Below, piece after piece: positions 25,904 through 40,260 of a stretch of 64,000 nt of DNA. The stretch's first letter is position 1. Every line of letters begins with the position of its first letter. Location: positions 95,294,001 to 95,358,000 of the forward strand of contig NC_043004.1 of assembly GCF_006345805.1 (NCBI RefSeq), written 5' to 3'. The notes under the pieces were generated by a model. It was not told the DNA's origin, did not search any database, and saw only the letters and a program-made list of their open reading frames with translations. Origin of the DNA: Octopus sinensis. Taxonomy: Eukaryota. The position numbers were made by a program, and so were the translations under genes.

Positions 25904-27828
25904 TTTGAAATTATATGTACTTAATAAGTGTTTGGCTTATTTCCACACTACTCAAAGTTACGTCGCATCATTTGTTCGGAGTTTTTTTTTTTTTTTAACT
26001 TTAAATTGCTTCAAGGTATTTAGGCCTTCGTTGATCAGTTCCGGTCACGTACATTTGCCTACATTAAGCAACACCAGTTCTTTCATTGAAAGTCCCATAT
26101 TATAGAATAAACAGGATGTTCGTGTCAGTAACTCAACATTCAGCAGTGTTACTAAATCAGCGACATCAGTTCTTATGATTTACGCTACATGTGGTAAAAC
26201 AGACAGGAATGTTGGCGTCAGTTGTTAGGTGGGACAGATTTTATAGTATATATATATTTATTATATGATTGTGTTAGATCGCATATGAAGTTGCGTGACC
26301 AGCATACGCTGTATCCCCAAGGGCAGCAGGAATTATATATCCTGACGTTGGGCATCAGCCAGCACTATCTGCATGTATTTCACCAATATACATTAGGGGA
26401 AAAAAACTGGTGATTTTCTTTAAAGGAGGTCCTTTGAGACGTTAATACTGCATTAAGTTACGTCTGTATAACTCTCTTAACACTTTCAGCATTGTAAATC
26501 TATTTGAAACACTGAGTGGTCTGTCTATTGGAAACCTGTGACCAACGGTACAAAATTAAAGAAATAAAACGAAACTGATTATGTTGCTTACTCCAGGTGT
26601 TACGAGCAGTGTATTTTGTAAACTCAAGATATTGAAAAGTATGAGGACGAATAGCACTCATAATTTACATTCTGAGAATTTAACACTTCTAAGAGTTACC
26701 AAACAGTGAAATACGTCCAATCCTCTAACAATACGGATACTTTTGGGGGACTTGTAGAAACTATTCAATCCAAGAAAAAAAATAGAGAGAAGCAATTAGA
26801 ACATACAATTTTTCGTCATCATCTTCGTCGTCGTCGCCGTCGTCATCAGCATCATCAACAACACAGCATTTGGTATTCCATGATAGGCGTAGAAAGTCAA
26901 GAAGTTTGCTTGCCAGCCACGTGGTTTCGGGTTCAGTCCCACTGCGTGGAATCTTGAATAAGTGACTCCTACTATCGCCCTCCATGCGGAGCCAATCAGA
27001 GGCGTGCAAGTGGGTTCGGTAGAGAGTAACTCTATGTATGTATGCATGCATGTATGTATATATGTATGATTTTTAGTTTTAGTTTTATTTTATTGTGAGA
27101 GTTCAAGCCGGTTGCTCACATAAGAATCTCAAATGGAGATTTTTTCGAATGTCTTACAGATCTTCACCGTGTCACTAATAGACTGGATTTGGAGAATCCG
27201 CGTCAGTTTCTTTTGCGCTTTCTCGGTGAAACCGACTATTTCTAGGATTTTGTACAACAATGTTGGTACACATCCTAATGCACCTGTGAAGATAGGTAAG
27301 AGCTGTATGTTCCGCTTTAATTCTTCTGTTCCTTGTCATGCAGAATAATATCAGGTATGTTATGTTCGCATCGAACTGATGATTTTATGGAGGTATTCTG
27401 CCAGTATTCCTTGTTTCTAAAGGTGTGAATACCTGCTGGTGCTGACATGCCTTTGATGTGTACGACAGGACAATCCTTCCCGCGAAGAGCATTGTAAATA
27501 GTCGTGTAACTATATCATACCCCAGGGGCAGGTAATATCTCGCAGACAGTGTGTGTGTGTATGTGTGTAAAAAAATACAGAGTAGTTCCACAATGCAATA
27601 TAAATATACAGAAAGATGTCAGAAATCTTATATATGCAACAGACTATTTCTAAGAAATATCGTATCTGCTGCACACATATAGTATATGTCAGCAAAGCTT
27701 TATATATAACAGACAGCTATATGCCGCAAATAAAAAATGCACCACTGCCCTATATACATCAGCTTGCTATATGCCACTGAAAAGCTATATATGCAACAGA
27801 TAATATACACGAAGAGAAACTGCATATA

Positions 27829-28312
27829 TTGGGGTTGTCCGGAAAGTTCATACCGATTTATAGTAGCTTATCTTTCGATTTATTTTAGAACATGGTCGAG
27901 TCCATAAAAGTTTAAACTATTTTAAGTCTTTAAAATGGAAGATAAGAAAGTTCCCTTTCGGCACTTGATGCTTTGGGAACCAGAGAAAAATTTCTGCAGC
28001 TCGGCTGGGATGTGTTACTTTACCTTCCATATTCACCAGATATTGCTCCTTCGGATTTCCACTTATTCAGGTCTTAATGGTAAAAATTTCAATTCCTTGG
28101 ATGACGTAAAAAGATACCTTAATGAAAGGTATCTTTCTTTGCCATGAAACCACCTCAATCCTGGGGATAGGGTATTTTCAAGTTAAAGGAAAGATGGAGA
28201 CGCATTGTGCTACAAAATGGTTCATATTTGGTTGATTAAAAATGTAATGGCAAGTATTTATTGACCTTTTTCTTTCCTTTAAAAATCGGCACGAACTTTC
28301 CGGAGAACCTAT
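27829..28312 (+). mobile_element. Internally deleted mariner with both TIRs
   Basis: TIRs ggggttgtccggaaagttcataccgattt / aaaatcggcacgaactttccggagaacc. The N-terminus MEDKKVPFRHLMLWE is joined to the C-terminal PYSPDIAPSDFHLF..NGKNFNSLDDVK. Confidence 0.88.
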
Positions 28313-28599
28313 GACAATCTGTTCTTTAAAAAGTCTGCATATTCACAGGTATTGGCACTGTTAAGTATGTCTCGCTGACACAAAAGAAAAGTCACTATAA
28401 AGTGATCCCTGTAAATGAGTGTCAACTAATTCTAGATATTAAAAAAAAGGGGGTCTTGCAGAGAAACAATCAATAGTGAAATAGTTGGCTTTTAAGTTGT
28501 GATTATCACTTGGCGTATTTGAATGTGTCTGTGTCCTATCCTTTAAAAGAGCTGATGGCGTATGAATTTTATGCTTGTGTGTGGGGGGAGGGGGTATGT

Positions 28600-28814
28600 G
28601 CGTGTGTGGGTGTATATATATACATACATACTCACACACATATATATAAACAGATGTACGTACATAGACATGCATGCACGTAAAAATGCGTATGTGTATG
28701 TACATACATATATATATATATATATATATGCTTACAGAAGTGTGTGTGTGTATATATATATATATACATATATATACATATACATATATATATGTATATA
28801 TGTGTCTGAGTCTG

Positions 28815-28874
<60 letters not shown>

Positions 28875-28960
28875 ATATGTCTGTATATATATCAACGAGT
28901 CTAAGTATGCACAACCACCAGCGTACATTATGCATATACATACATACATACATACATACA

Positions 28961-29031
<71 letters not shown>

Positions 29032-29494
29032 GGAGAAGGTTTTGTTTACAGAAACGTAGACAAACTATTTGCCGACACGCGCGCACTTACACACACATAC
29101 ACACATACATACACACATTCATACACACACACTCGCACGTACGCACGAGAACACATACACACATGTACGCACACTTACACAAACACACAACACACACACA
29201 CACACACACGATGTATATTGCCAATCTATAATTGAGAAATATCCTTTACCACGTTATGTCTTATGCAACCTGAATTCTTCAAAAGTGATTTTAAAATATG
29301 AAATAAAAGCATCTTGCAAGATTGACTGAAAGAAAAATGGAATTTATATATGTGTGTAGATGTTCCAATACATGTATATGTGCATACATGTGATCACGCA
29401 TATATGTGTGAATGTGTGTAGATGTTATGATATATACGTTTGTATATGCATTATTGATGGCAGCAGCAGTAGCAGCAGCGGAAGCAGCAGCAGC

Positions 29495-29562
<68 letters not shown>

Positions 29563-29725
29563 CGGTGATGAAAATAGCTCTCAACTTGCATGTATATATT
29601 CATGAATATAAATATGTGCGTATATTAGTGTATATAGCGTTTTATGAAGCTTTCTACTAGCTCTTTTCGTATGAATATGTATCTGTAAGTGTGAGTATAC
29701 ACAGAAACACACACACACGAACACG

Positions 29726-29783
<58 letters not shown>

Positions 29784-30883
29784 ATATATATACACATACA
29801 TATATATACATATACATATATTATATATTAATATATATATACATATATATACATATATAATATATATATATATATATATAGATATAGATATATATATACG
29901 TATGCATATGTCTATAAATATATGTATATGATATGCATATATATTTACCCCCACACACACATTTATACAGAGAGAGAGAGAGAGAGAGAGAGAGGCGGTG
30001 AGCGAGAGTGACATACATACTGACACGCTCAGATACAGACATACGTACTGACATATACATACATATATATATATATGTGTGTGTGTGTGTGTATGTATAT
30101 ATATACATATATACATATATAAACACAAATATATATAATATATATATATGTATATATACAAACATGTATATTTGTATGTATATATATACATACATATGTA
30201 TGCATTTATATATCAATATGTATGTGTTTAGATATGTATATATATATATACGTATGTATGTATGTATGTATGTATGTATGTATGTATGTATGTACATATT
30301 AAACACCAGTGAGAAACAAGAAACATAAAACTGGAAGAAAACAAAATCCTAAGAAAATATAAAAGGAAACTAAATAACAAGAAAATTACAAAAAAAAATG
30401 TAGATTAACAACAACAACAAGAGCAAAAGCAGCAGCAGCAGGAGCAGCAGCAAAATAACAACAACAACAACAACAACTGCAAACACAACATTTGCAACTT
30501 GTTGATATACCGTGCATTGAAAAGCAACGAATGCACTGCTCTGACGTTATTTATACCCCCATTCTCTTCTGTTCTGTTCAAAATCCTTGCTTTGAAGTGT
30601 TTCGACTGAAAGCTTTATTTATAGATTAATAAAATATAAAATATTTTTATGAATTTCTAACCATTTTCGTAGTATTCGAACCAATAGTGAATGGAGATAA
30701 TGTCGAAACAAAAGGATTAAAGAAGAAATAATATTAAAATAAAAAAAAAATTATATATAAACCAGAAAAATAAATAAAAAAAACAACACTATACATACTC
30801 ATATAGACACACATAGTCTCTCTCTCTTTCCCTAACACGCACGCACAAAACACCTATACATATATATATATATATATCTATCA

Positions 30884-30916
<33 letters not shown>

Positions 30917-30992
30917 TATATATGTATGTATGTATGTATATATATATATAATATATTATATATATGTATATATATATATGTAATATATATAG

Positions 30993-31051
<59 letters not shown>

Positions 31052-31170
31052 ATATATATATATATATGTATATATATGTATGTATGTATATATATATATG
31101 TATATATATGTATGTATGTATATGCATGTATGTATATATATATGTGTATATACATACATACATACACAGG
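28600..31170. repeat. Extended microsatellite field: (TA)n, (CA)n, (AGT)n, (TATG)n, (AAC)n
   Basis: Directly visible, including (AGT)n at ~29496-29553. Confidence 0.9.
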
Positions 31171-31289
31171 AATTTCTGCCATCGAAATATTACGGTCTGC
31201 TGAGATTACGGATTAAAATTTATGACCAGTTGAATGACGCAGGAATATTTTCTGATGGGGAAAAAGAGATGAAAGTTATATAAAAAAAA

Positions 31290-31326
<37 letters not shown>

Positions 31327-31900
31327 GCAATAATGTAACAATTACAAGAAAAAAATCACATTTAAAAGGAGGAAAGTGGAGAGACGGAATGAAGTAGAGT
31401 AGAAGAAAGAGAAGGCGAAAAGAAGAAGAGAGAAGAGAGAGGAAGGGAGAGGAGGGGAAAGTAGGAAGAAAGAGAAGACGGAGAAACAAAGAATGATAAA
31501 GAAGAGGCGAACAGAGAAAGAAACAAAGGCGGCGGCGGCGGGGGAGGGGTGTTGTGGGTGCGGTGATGGGGGGGAGGAGATAAAAGAAGGAGAAAAGAAG
31601 GTGAAGAAATTTGATCAAGACTAAGATGTTGAAATTTCCAGAAGAATTATGCTGTGTGCATGCGCGCGTGCGCGCTTTGTGTGGTGTGCATGTGTGTGTG
31701 TGTGTGTGTGTGAATGTGCGTGCGTGAGTGTATGTGTGTATGTACGTGTGTGTGTGTGTGTGTGTATGTGCGTGCGTGAGAGTGTCTGTGTGTATGTGTG
31801 TATGTGTGTCTGTGTGTCTGTGTGTCTGTTTTGTCTGTGTATATAATAGATGAGTGAATGCAGATATGCAATTATATACATATATATACACACACACACA

Positions 31901-31940
<40 letters not shown>

Positions 31941-32083
31941 TATTATGTAATGCAATTACGTATAATATTTGTATATATATTTTATCTATACACACCCACA
32001 CTTATATATTATTACCTACATGAGTGTGTGTACGTTTTTATGTACGTATTTGCATATCTATTTTTATGTCTATGCATTAAATC

Positions 32084-32130
<47 letters not shown>

Positions 32131-32169
32131 GCACGCACACGTATATTTATACAGTACATATGAATGAAT

Positions 32170-32220
<51 letters not shown>

Positions 32221-32699
32221 CATACATATACACACGTTTTCTGAAGTAAGTCAAGGGAATTTACTGTAGCATTATCCATATCTAAATAACTATAAATTAT
32301 GAAATATTTATACTCTGCTGTGTATACTCAGTCTGACCTTTCCAATTCTCCAATATATTTCGACTCTATTTACTAACACCTATACAGACGTCATAGTTAT
32401 ACATGTTATACATCAAAGCACAAGGTATAGGCAACAAAAGCACACACATACACACACACAAAAAAAAACTTTTCAAGTACTGCAACAATTATCATAGAAA
32501 TTCATAGCCAGGAACTGCAGAATATGGTAAGCATTGATACAGTGATTCTATAGATGAATTGTTAAGGAATATTTATTATAAATTCAATTGACACAATTTT
32601 AGTACAATTAATGTTAGGGCACAACTCAGATATATTTCAATACTTTTATGCATGAAAAGTGGTATCGTAAAGCTATGTATGATAAAATTTCATACATAC

Positions 32700-32749
<50 letters not shown>

Positions 32750-32880
32750 GCATGTATGTATGTATGTATATATATATATATACCTACACACATACATGCA
32801 CGTAGTGTGCATACATATGCACATATAGAAATGTATATGTGTATCTAAATGTATATGTATGTATGTATTCATAAATATAC

Positions 32881-32916
<36 letters not shown>

Positions 32917-33184
32917 TATAGAGAGAGGGTGAGAGGGAGGCAGAGAGAGAAAGAGAGTAAGACGAAACAGGAATTTTAGCTCTTACTTGGGTTTACTTTC
33001 TATCTGCACTCTGTAACCTATCAAACTACAGTGTCCAACCAAATGACACTCGGATTATAATACTCATCTTCGCCTTTGAATGTACAGGAAAATGCAGATC
33101 CACCATTAGCTATTTGTCACGAAATTTATATTTGTAGGTATACAGAAACACGTATCTGTCCTCATAATGGCTTCAAATTTTGTC

Positions 33185-33368
33185 AGTAGGCCAACAATTT
33201 CGGTGCAGAAGGTAAGTCGATTACATCAATAGTACTTATTTCATCGACCTCGAAATGATGAAAGGCAAAGTCATCCTCGGCGGAATTTGGACTCAGGAAG
33301 TAAATACTGACGAAATGTCGCTAAGCATTTTGCCCGGCGCGTTAACGATTCTGCTAGCTCACCGCCTT
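33185..33368 (-). mobile_element. SINE family B
   Basis: gtcgattacatc...gatgaaaggcaaagtc..cctcggcggaattt...gctaagcattttgcccggcgcgttaacgattctgctagctcaccgcctta. Confidence 0.85.
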
Positions 33369-33741
33369 ACCTACCTGTTCTCATAATGAATTGTAAATGT
33401 ACAGGTGTCCTTCGTATGTCTATATACGATACTATGCACATGCATATAGCAATACAGATGTATGTGTGTGTACATATGTGTGCGTGTGAGATTGTGCGTT
33501 CGTCTGTGTATGTGTACGCGCGGATATCAATGCCTATACAAAATATCACTCGGCAGACAACCGCACAAGCGTAAAACTATAATTGTGAAGGTGAGCGTCT
33601 GTGCAGTCAAGCGCTTCCAAATATATGGCCAAATCTTTACTAATAGAGTTACAAGAAAATAAAACTAGATAATTATATCAAAACACTTCAACGTTTCCAT
33701 ATATTCAAATGTACATTCATGTATATTCACGCAAACTCGCA

Positions 33742-33778
33742 TACATACATACATACATACATACATACATACATACAT

Positions 33779-33843
<65 letters not shown>

Positions 33844-34550
33844 AAAACAGACATGCACAAATACTTACGTGTGTACACACACACACATACACTTATGTAT
33901 GTATGTATGTATGTATGTATGTATGTATGTATGTATGCATGAATGCCCAGTAGACACTTGCGTACAGTGTAATTCAAATATGGCATTTCTATGCATTATG
34001 TTTTGATAGCGGAACTTCATACAGAGAGGTCGTCCACTACACAGTTCTAGTTAATGTATACACATGAACACATATACATACATCCCGTGCACACACACAT
34101 ATGTATGTATGTATGCATGTATACATGCATGTATGTATGCATGTATGTATATGTGTATGTATGTATGTATGCATGCATGTATGCATGTATGTATGTATGT
34201 ATGCATGTATACATGTATGTATGTGTGTATGTATGTATGTATGTATGTATGTATGTATGTATGTATGTATGTATGCAGTATGAATGTATGTGTATGTAGT
34301 ATGTATGTATGTATGCATGTAACAGATGTATGTGTGATTGTAATTATGTATGTCTGTATGTATGTATGTATGTATGTATGTATGTATGAATGTATGTATG
34401 TATGAATGATGATGCATGTATGTATGTATGTATGTATGTATGTATGTATGTATGCATGTATTGATACATGTAGTATGTATGTATGTATGTATGTATGAAT
34501 GTATGTATGTATGTATGTATGTATGTATGTATGTATGTATGTATGTATGT
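33742..34550. repeat. (CATA)n/(CAGA)n followed by (TATG)n arrays
   Basis: Direct observation. Confidence 0.93.
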
Positions 34551-34776
34551 GTAAAGAATTCTCTTTCGTCGATTTCAACTTTTGAACCGCCAGTTGTTCG
34601 CATTACTGGACGCCAGATCTCATGGTTGTGGAGCGAAATTTTTTACCTTTTAGCCAGGCCTTTTGTCTCAGACACGAACCCACTGCGTGGTATCTCGAGT
34701 AAATGTTTTCACCACTGACTCAAGTCGATACAATACTTGCGAGGAAAACTGGGGTGATAGAAACTTTAGAATCCTG

Positions 34777-34945
34777 TCAGATAGATTGTACATATAACTC
34801 AAAGTTTTGGCTTAATCGTATTGCGTCACGCTGATGCTGCCTGCGAATTTTGTTAAGGAGACATGACTCTGCGGAATACTCTGCCGCTTCTCGTGCTAAT
34901 TGAATGAGTAAGGAGTCCAGTAACTGAATAACTAGACGCTCACAC
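34777..34945 (-). CDS. Candidate coding exon of an unidentified host gene
   Basis: A pyrimidine-rich acceptor (tctcctgtcaattttcag|G) precedes the only open frame, CERLVIQLLDSLLIQLAREAAEYSAESCLLNKIRRQHQRDAIRLSQNFELYVQSI*. The sequence is non-repetitive and helix-like, but no homology is recognised. Confidence 0.35.
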
Positions 34946-35769
34946 CTGAAAATTGACAGGAGAGTCAATCACATACAGAAACACGCTCGCGCGCACACAT
35001 AATCTAAGACAGAGAATTTCCATTGATGTTTTCACAACGGAACTCTATTTAAGCCATATTACATTTAATCTGGTGTGAACCAAGATTCGGTCGTATTTTT
35101 CAAACCCTTTCTTCTGTACATTAATGATATACTTGCTAATAATGTCCTACGCAGATAACATCGATTTTTATTCCAGTCACATCAGCTCTAGGCATATACC
35201 AAGAAAAGTGCCTCTCACTTTAGATCGAATTACAGCTTTCTGTTACCCTAATCGTTGGTCAGAATCTACAGATAGATTTTAGTACAGCGTAACAATGAAA
35301 CAAAACATGTTAACACCTCATTAATTATTTAATAATCGGACGACTGCATTGTACATGCAAATTCGTATCCCTAGTTTAATTAAACCCATGGTATTCATCT
35401 TGACTTAAACCCATAAGTTTAAAAGCAATATTTCCATGAACTGTCAAAGAAGGTATACAGTCGCTAGTGAAATCCCATCATGAATTTGAAATTAATTCAT
35501 CGTTTTTCTTTCCATGAAGATTCTGAACATACAGACAAGGTTTTACATGTCTGTTACGTTAGTTGGTAACGAAATCTGTAGAGATATTCTCTGGGACACT
35601 ACAGTGTTGAAAGAAAATACTTTTAATGCACCAGAAATTTATGTCTTGTGTAAGGTATGTTACTACAAGAGACTAGAATGATGGTTGGGGTTTTTTTTCC
35701 AGTATAATTTTATCGGTTTATTAGAATATTGTGCTCTTATTAGCAAATTTCATCATCAAAATCTCTTAA

Positions 35770-36920
35770 ATGGTGCAGCCAGTCGTTGGGGATACCACTC
35801 TAGACGCTTTTATATTCAACCTTCGCCACTGCTCTCTGTTCTCTGTCATGTGTAACAGGTTCGCAGTGTTGTTACTTGTCCAGTCCTTGATGTTGTCAAA
35901 CTAGGATTTTCTCTATCTGCATCTGTTTCGCCCTTCCTCAACAGTGCCTTGAAGAATGGTTTTGGACATGGTGTTGTGGCGAAATACCTGGCCGTACCAG
36001 GCAAACTTTCGTCTTTTTACTTGCGCTAGGTGTGGTTTCTGTCTCCAGCGATTTTGTTGACTTGCTGTTTCATAAGGCTTTTCATTTTGTGTTCTATTTA
36101 AGGGGTGTATAGTAGATTTCTGAAGCACTTGTGCTCAAACGCCTGGATTCTTCGCTCCATGACAGCTGTAAGAGTCCAGCTCTCGCACCCATACGATTTG
36201 TATACTGAGTCTTGTTGGAAATCTAACGGAACTGCTTTTCTGTATGGTGTTCATTTCCATCATAGCAGCAAAGGTCAAACTTAGTCTTATTATTTCTTTT
36301 TAAATAATAAAATAACAATGAAATTAATTGTATACAGTGCTCAGGTGCACCACAACTTGTCAGAAACTGCATATAAAGTACATGCAGTAATGTAGAAATG
36401 TCTGGAAAGCGAACAATGTATGAGTCAGATACATGCCTGTGTGTGTATGGAGGGGAGAAAATCAAGTGTAGTGTTGGCGAATCTGAGGAAGCATGGAAGT
36501 TTTGAAGGATGCAGTGCTCCGACAACTAACAACTGATGCCGGCAGTTTGTTCCATGCTTCAGCAACTCTCAGCGTGAAAAAATGTTTCCTAAAGTCATGG
36601 GAGCTGTGCTGTTTTCTTACTTTGTAAATATGTCCACGGGTGTTTTAAGATCTATCATCCTTGGTTAAAGTAGTTCTTAAGTACTTGAAGGCGTCCACTT
36701 CGCCAATTCTTTCTCCATTCAGTATAATGTTGGCTGCTATGCTTTGATTATTGCTATTAACTATGTTCTTACACTTTTCTGGGTTGATCTCCATCCTATA
36801 TACTCCCGTTACTTTTCCAGTTTGGTGGTGAACACCCGTAGCTAATTTAGCCGCCTGTAAATTTATTTGAAGGGATGTATTTATAGACATAGAGAGTTTG
36901 GTTGCTGATGTTCTCATGAT
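35770..36920 (-). mobile_element. RTE-clade LINE remnant (split in two)
   Basis: MEINPEK...EVDAFKYL (36645-36917), then YGCESWTL..MERRIQAFEHKCFR and KFAWYG.V.RH...KTILQGTVE.GR (35913-36215). Confidence 0.82.
36290..36630 (-). mobile_element. CR1-type LINE 3' fragment nested in the RTE remnant
   Basis: The minus strand reads FRKHFFTLRVAEAWNKLPASVVSCRSTASFK, followed by 3'UTR-like sequence. Confidence 0.7.
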
Positions 36921-37639
36921 CTTAGTGGAGCAAGATAAACCACTTCGTTGATGATGGGAGGAAAGAAGAAATTATATTTTGAAGAACAGTCACCTCTAAA
37001 TGTAGTGCATCAGTATTGGAATATCATATATGAATAAGAAATGGAGTAAACAGTACGCCAAGATCAACGGATTCTGATAATTAATGTAGCATAGGTTAAA
37101 CCTAGACCAAACATTTACAGTCAAAATTGTACGATAAAAATTAAGATTTCGAAGTAAGAAAAATTTAACATCGGATTAATATAAATGTGTTATAATGATG
37201 CCTTAGAGAGAAAGAGAGTGGAGAGGAGGTGGAGGTGGAGGAAGACTGAAGAAAGAGAATGAGTGTATGTACAAGTGATTGTGCGTGTGATGTGTGTGCG
37301 TAGTGTAGTGTGTGCGTGTGCATGTGTGCATGTGTGCGTGTGTGTGATTGTGTGTGTTCAGATCACTGCTTCCTGTTGTCTGAAACGACAATAACACAAA
37401 CAGACATCCACAGACAAAGACAAATTCCTCCACTTCTAGTTCATGCTTCTAAGTAGCTGTAACCATTGTTGTGCGGTGAAAGACGCATGAAGAATATAAT
37501 ACAATGCCGCAAACGAAAACTGATGCACGCAATGCACGTCTGATTGCCAAGTGCACATAATTATAGACCATTGATAACTTGTACGTTTGTCTGTTGCCCA
37601 TTTAACTCAACAAATGTATGATGGGAACTTCAAATAAAG

Positions 37640-37857
37640 CGCTGTTTCACATCACCATGTCGACGATGACAACAATAACGACGTCGATGATGATGATGAT
37701 GATGATGATGGCCATCATCATCGTCGTCGTCATCATCATCATCATCATCACCATCATCGTCATCATCATCGTCGTCATCATCATCATCATCAACATCATC
37801 ATCAACATCATCATCATCGTCATCATCATCGTCATCATCATCATCATCATCGTCATC

Positions 37858-37889
<32 letters not shown>

Positions 37890-37891
37890 CG

Positions 37892-37938
<47 letters not shown>

Positions 37939-37939
37939 G

Positions 37940-37989
<50 letters not shown>

Positions 37990-38011
37990 GTCATCGTCAT
38001 CATCATCATCG

Positions 38012-38057
<46 letters not shown>
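37640..38057. repeat. (ATC)n trinucleotide array
   Basis: Direct observation; source of the poly-I/poly-M ORFs. Confidence 0.97.
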
Positions 38058-38060
<3 letters not shown>

Positions 38061-38148
38061 GAAGAACATCATCCTCCGTCTATTCTAAATTATCATCATC
38101 ATCATCAGGAAGATCATTTCCTCCACCTATTCTAAATCCTCCTTCTAC

Positions 38149-38187
<39 letters not shown>

Positions 38188-38545
38188 CAACAACAACAAC
38201 ATCATGAAGAACATCATCCTCCGTCTATTCTAAATCATCATCATCATCATCATCATCGTCATCATCATCATCATCAGGAAGATCGTTTCCTCCACCTATT
38301 CTAAATCCTCCTTCTACTGTTCCTCCTCCTCCTCCTCCTCCTCCTCATCATCATCATCATCAACATCATGAAGAACATCATCCTCCGTCTATTCTAAATT
38401 ATCATCATCATCATCGTCATCATCATCATCAGGAAGATCATTTCCTCCACCTATTCTAAATCCTCCTTCTACTGTTCTTCCTCCCCCTCCTCCTCATCAT
38501 CATCATCAACATCATGAAGAACATCATCCTCCGTCTATTCTAAAT
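38058..38545. repeat. Composite ~145-165-bp minisatellite (3 units plus a partial)
   Basis: catgaagaacatcatcctccgtctattctaaa recurs at 38058, 38203, 38367 and 38513. Confidence 0.93.
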
Positions 38546-38739
38546 CATCATCATCATCGTCGTCATCTTGTCGTTGCCGTTATAAGAGCGAATGTATGGA
38601 AATGTAAACGGCTTTTTGAAACAATTGTTTACAGACGTAAATAATTTACAAATACATTCATCAATGAGTGTGAAACTGATGGTGACTTTCTCACCAGTTC
38701 GATGGTAGCGAAAACAATGACATCTCATGACAGCTATGA

Positions 38740-39425
38740 CAGTGATGACGGCAATTATGATGACGACGACGATAACTTTAGTGATGATGATGATGATGGT
38801 GGTGGTGGTCGTCGTCGTCGTCGTCGTTGTGGTCGTGGTGGTCGTGGTGGTCGTGGTGGTCGTGGTGGTCGTGGCAGTGATGGTGGTGGTGGTGGTCGTC
38901 GTCGTAGTGGTCGTGGTGGTCGTGGTAGTGGTCGTGGTAGTGGTCGTCGTCGTCGTCGTCGTGATGGTGGTGATGGTGGTGGCGGCGGTGGTGGTCTTGG
39001 TGGTCGTGGTTGTGGTGGTCGTGGTCGTGGTGGTCGTGGTAGAGGTGGTGGTAGTGGTCGCCGTGGTGGTGGTGGTGGTTGTGGTGGTGGTGGTGGTGAT
39101 GGTGGTGGTGGTGATCGTAGTGGTAGTGGTGGTCGTGGTAGTGGTGGTGGTGGTCGTGGTAATGGTCGCTGTGGTCGTAGTCGTGGTGATCGTAGTGGTA
39201 GTGGTGGTGGTTGTGGTTGTGGTGGTCGTGGTGGTCGTGGTGGTAGTGGTGGTGGTGGTTGTAATAACGGTAACAATGATGATGTTGGTGAGAGCAACAG
39301 TAACGACGACGACAACGATAAAGAGGATGATGAGGTTGACGATTATGATGATGATGTTGACGATTATGATGATGATGATGATGATGATGACGAGAAAGAT
39401 AACAGCGACGATGACGACGTCAATG
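38740..39425. repeat. Mixed (GAT/GGT/CGT)n trinucleotide array
   Basis: Direct observation; source of the poly-T/V/G/P ORFs. Confidence 0.93.
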
Positions 39426-39569
39426 ATGAAGTGTTCAGCTAAGATGATTAAGTAGATGTGGCAGTTAACAGGTAACTGCTTAGGAGGGGAAAATCTAGCT
39501 AACCGCACTCCGAGTTAAGCAGAGAGGGATAATATACATATATAATATACATATATAATATACATATAT

Positions 39570-39766
39570 AGGCGCAGGAGTGGCTGTGTGGTAGGTGGCT
39601 TGTTTACCAACCACATGGTTCCGGGTTCAGTCCCACTGCGTGGCACCTTGGGAAGTGTCTTCTACTATAGCCTCGGGCCGACCAAAAACCTTGTGAGTGG
39701 ATTTGGTAGACGGAAACTGAAAGAAGCCCGTCGTATATATGTATATATATATATATTATATATATA

Positions 39767-39837
<71 letters not shown>

Positions 39838-40070
39838 GCGTGTGTGTGTTTGTGTCTGTGTTTGTCCTCCTAGCATTGCTTGACAACCGATGCTGGTGTG
39901 TTTATGTCCCCGTTACTTAGCGGTTCGGCACAAGAGACTGATAGAATAAGTACTGGGCTTTCAAAAGAATAAGTCCCGGGGTCGAGTTGCCCGATTAAAG
40001 GCGGTGCTCCAGCATGGCCGCAGTCAACTGACTGAAACAAGTAAAAGAAAAAAAAATAAAAGAAAGAATA
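39570..40070 (+). mobile_element. Full-length SINE family A
   Basis: aggcgcaggagtggctgtgtgg head, expanded internal (TA)n and standard tail. Confidence 0.93.
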
Positions 40071-40260
40071 TAAATGCTTCATAAATTGAAATTACATCCG
40101 TAATGAAGGGAATTTCATTAGCTTTAACGATAATTTTTGTTAAAAAATGCATGGGGGATAACTCCGAAATCCGGATAAGAAATGGCATGGAGGCATGCAG
40201 TGAGGAATGGGTTAGATTTTAGTAAATACAACTTAGGATGTGTTTGAATCTTATTAGACA

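Noticed and set aside
32470-32535. Possible small plus-strand exon ending at a GTAAGC donor
   Set aside because: Weak acceptor, only 16 codons and no homology; consistent with chance.
37618-38088. Poly-Ile and poly-Met ORFs
   Set aside because: (ATC)n microsatellite.
38058-38545. CRISPR-like repeat-spacer appearance
   Set aside because: The 'spacers' are homologous to each other and made of microsatellites, the context is eukaryotic, and there are no cas genes.
38702-39442. 246-aa Asp/Gly/Arg-rich ORF resembling an RGG protein, plus overlapping 322-, 242- and 186-aa ORFs
   Set aside because: All frames are open simply because the DNA is a stop-poor trinucleotide array; there are no splice signals or unique domain.
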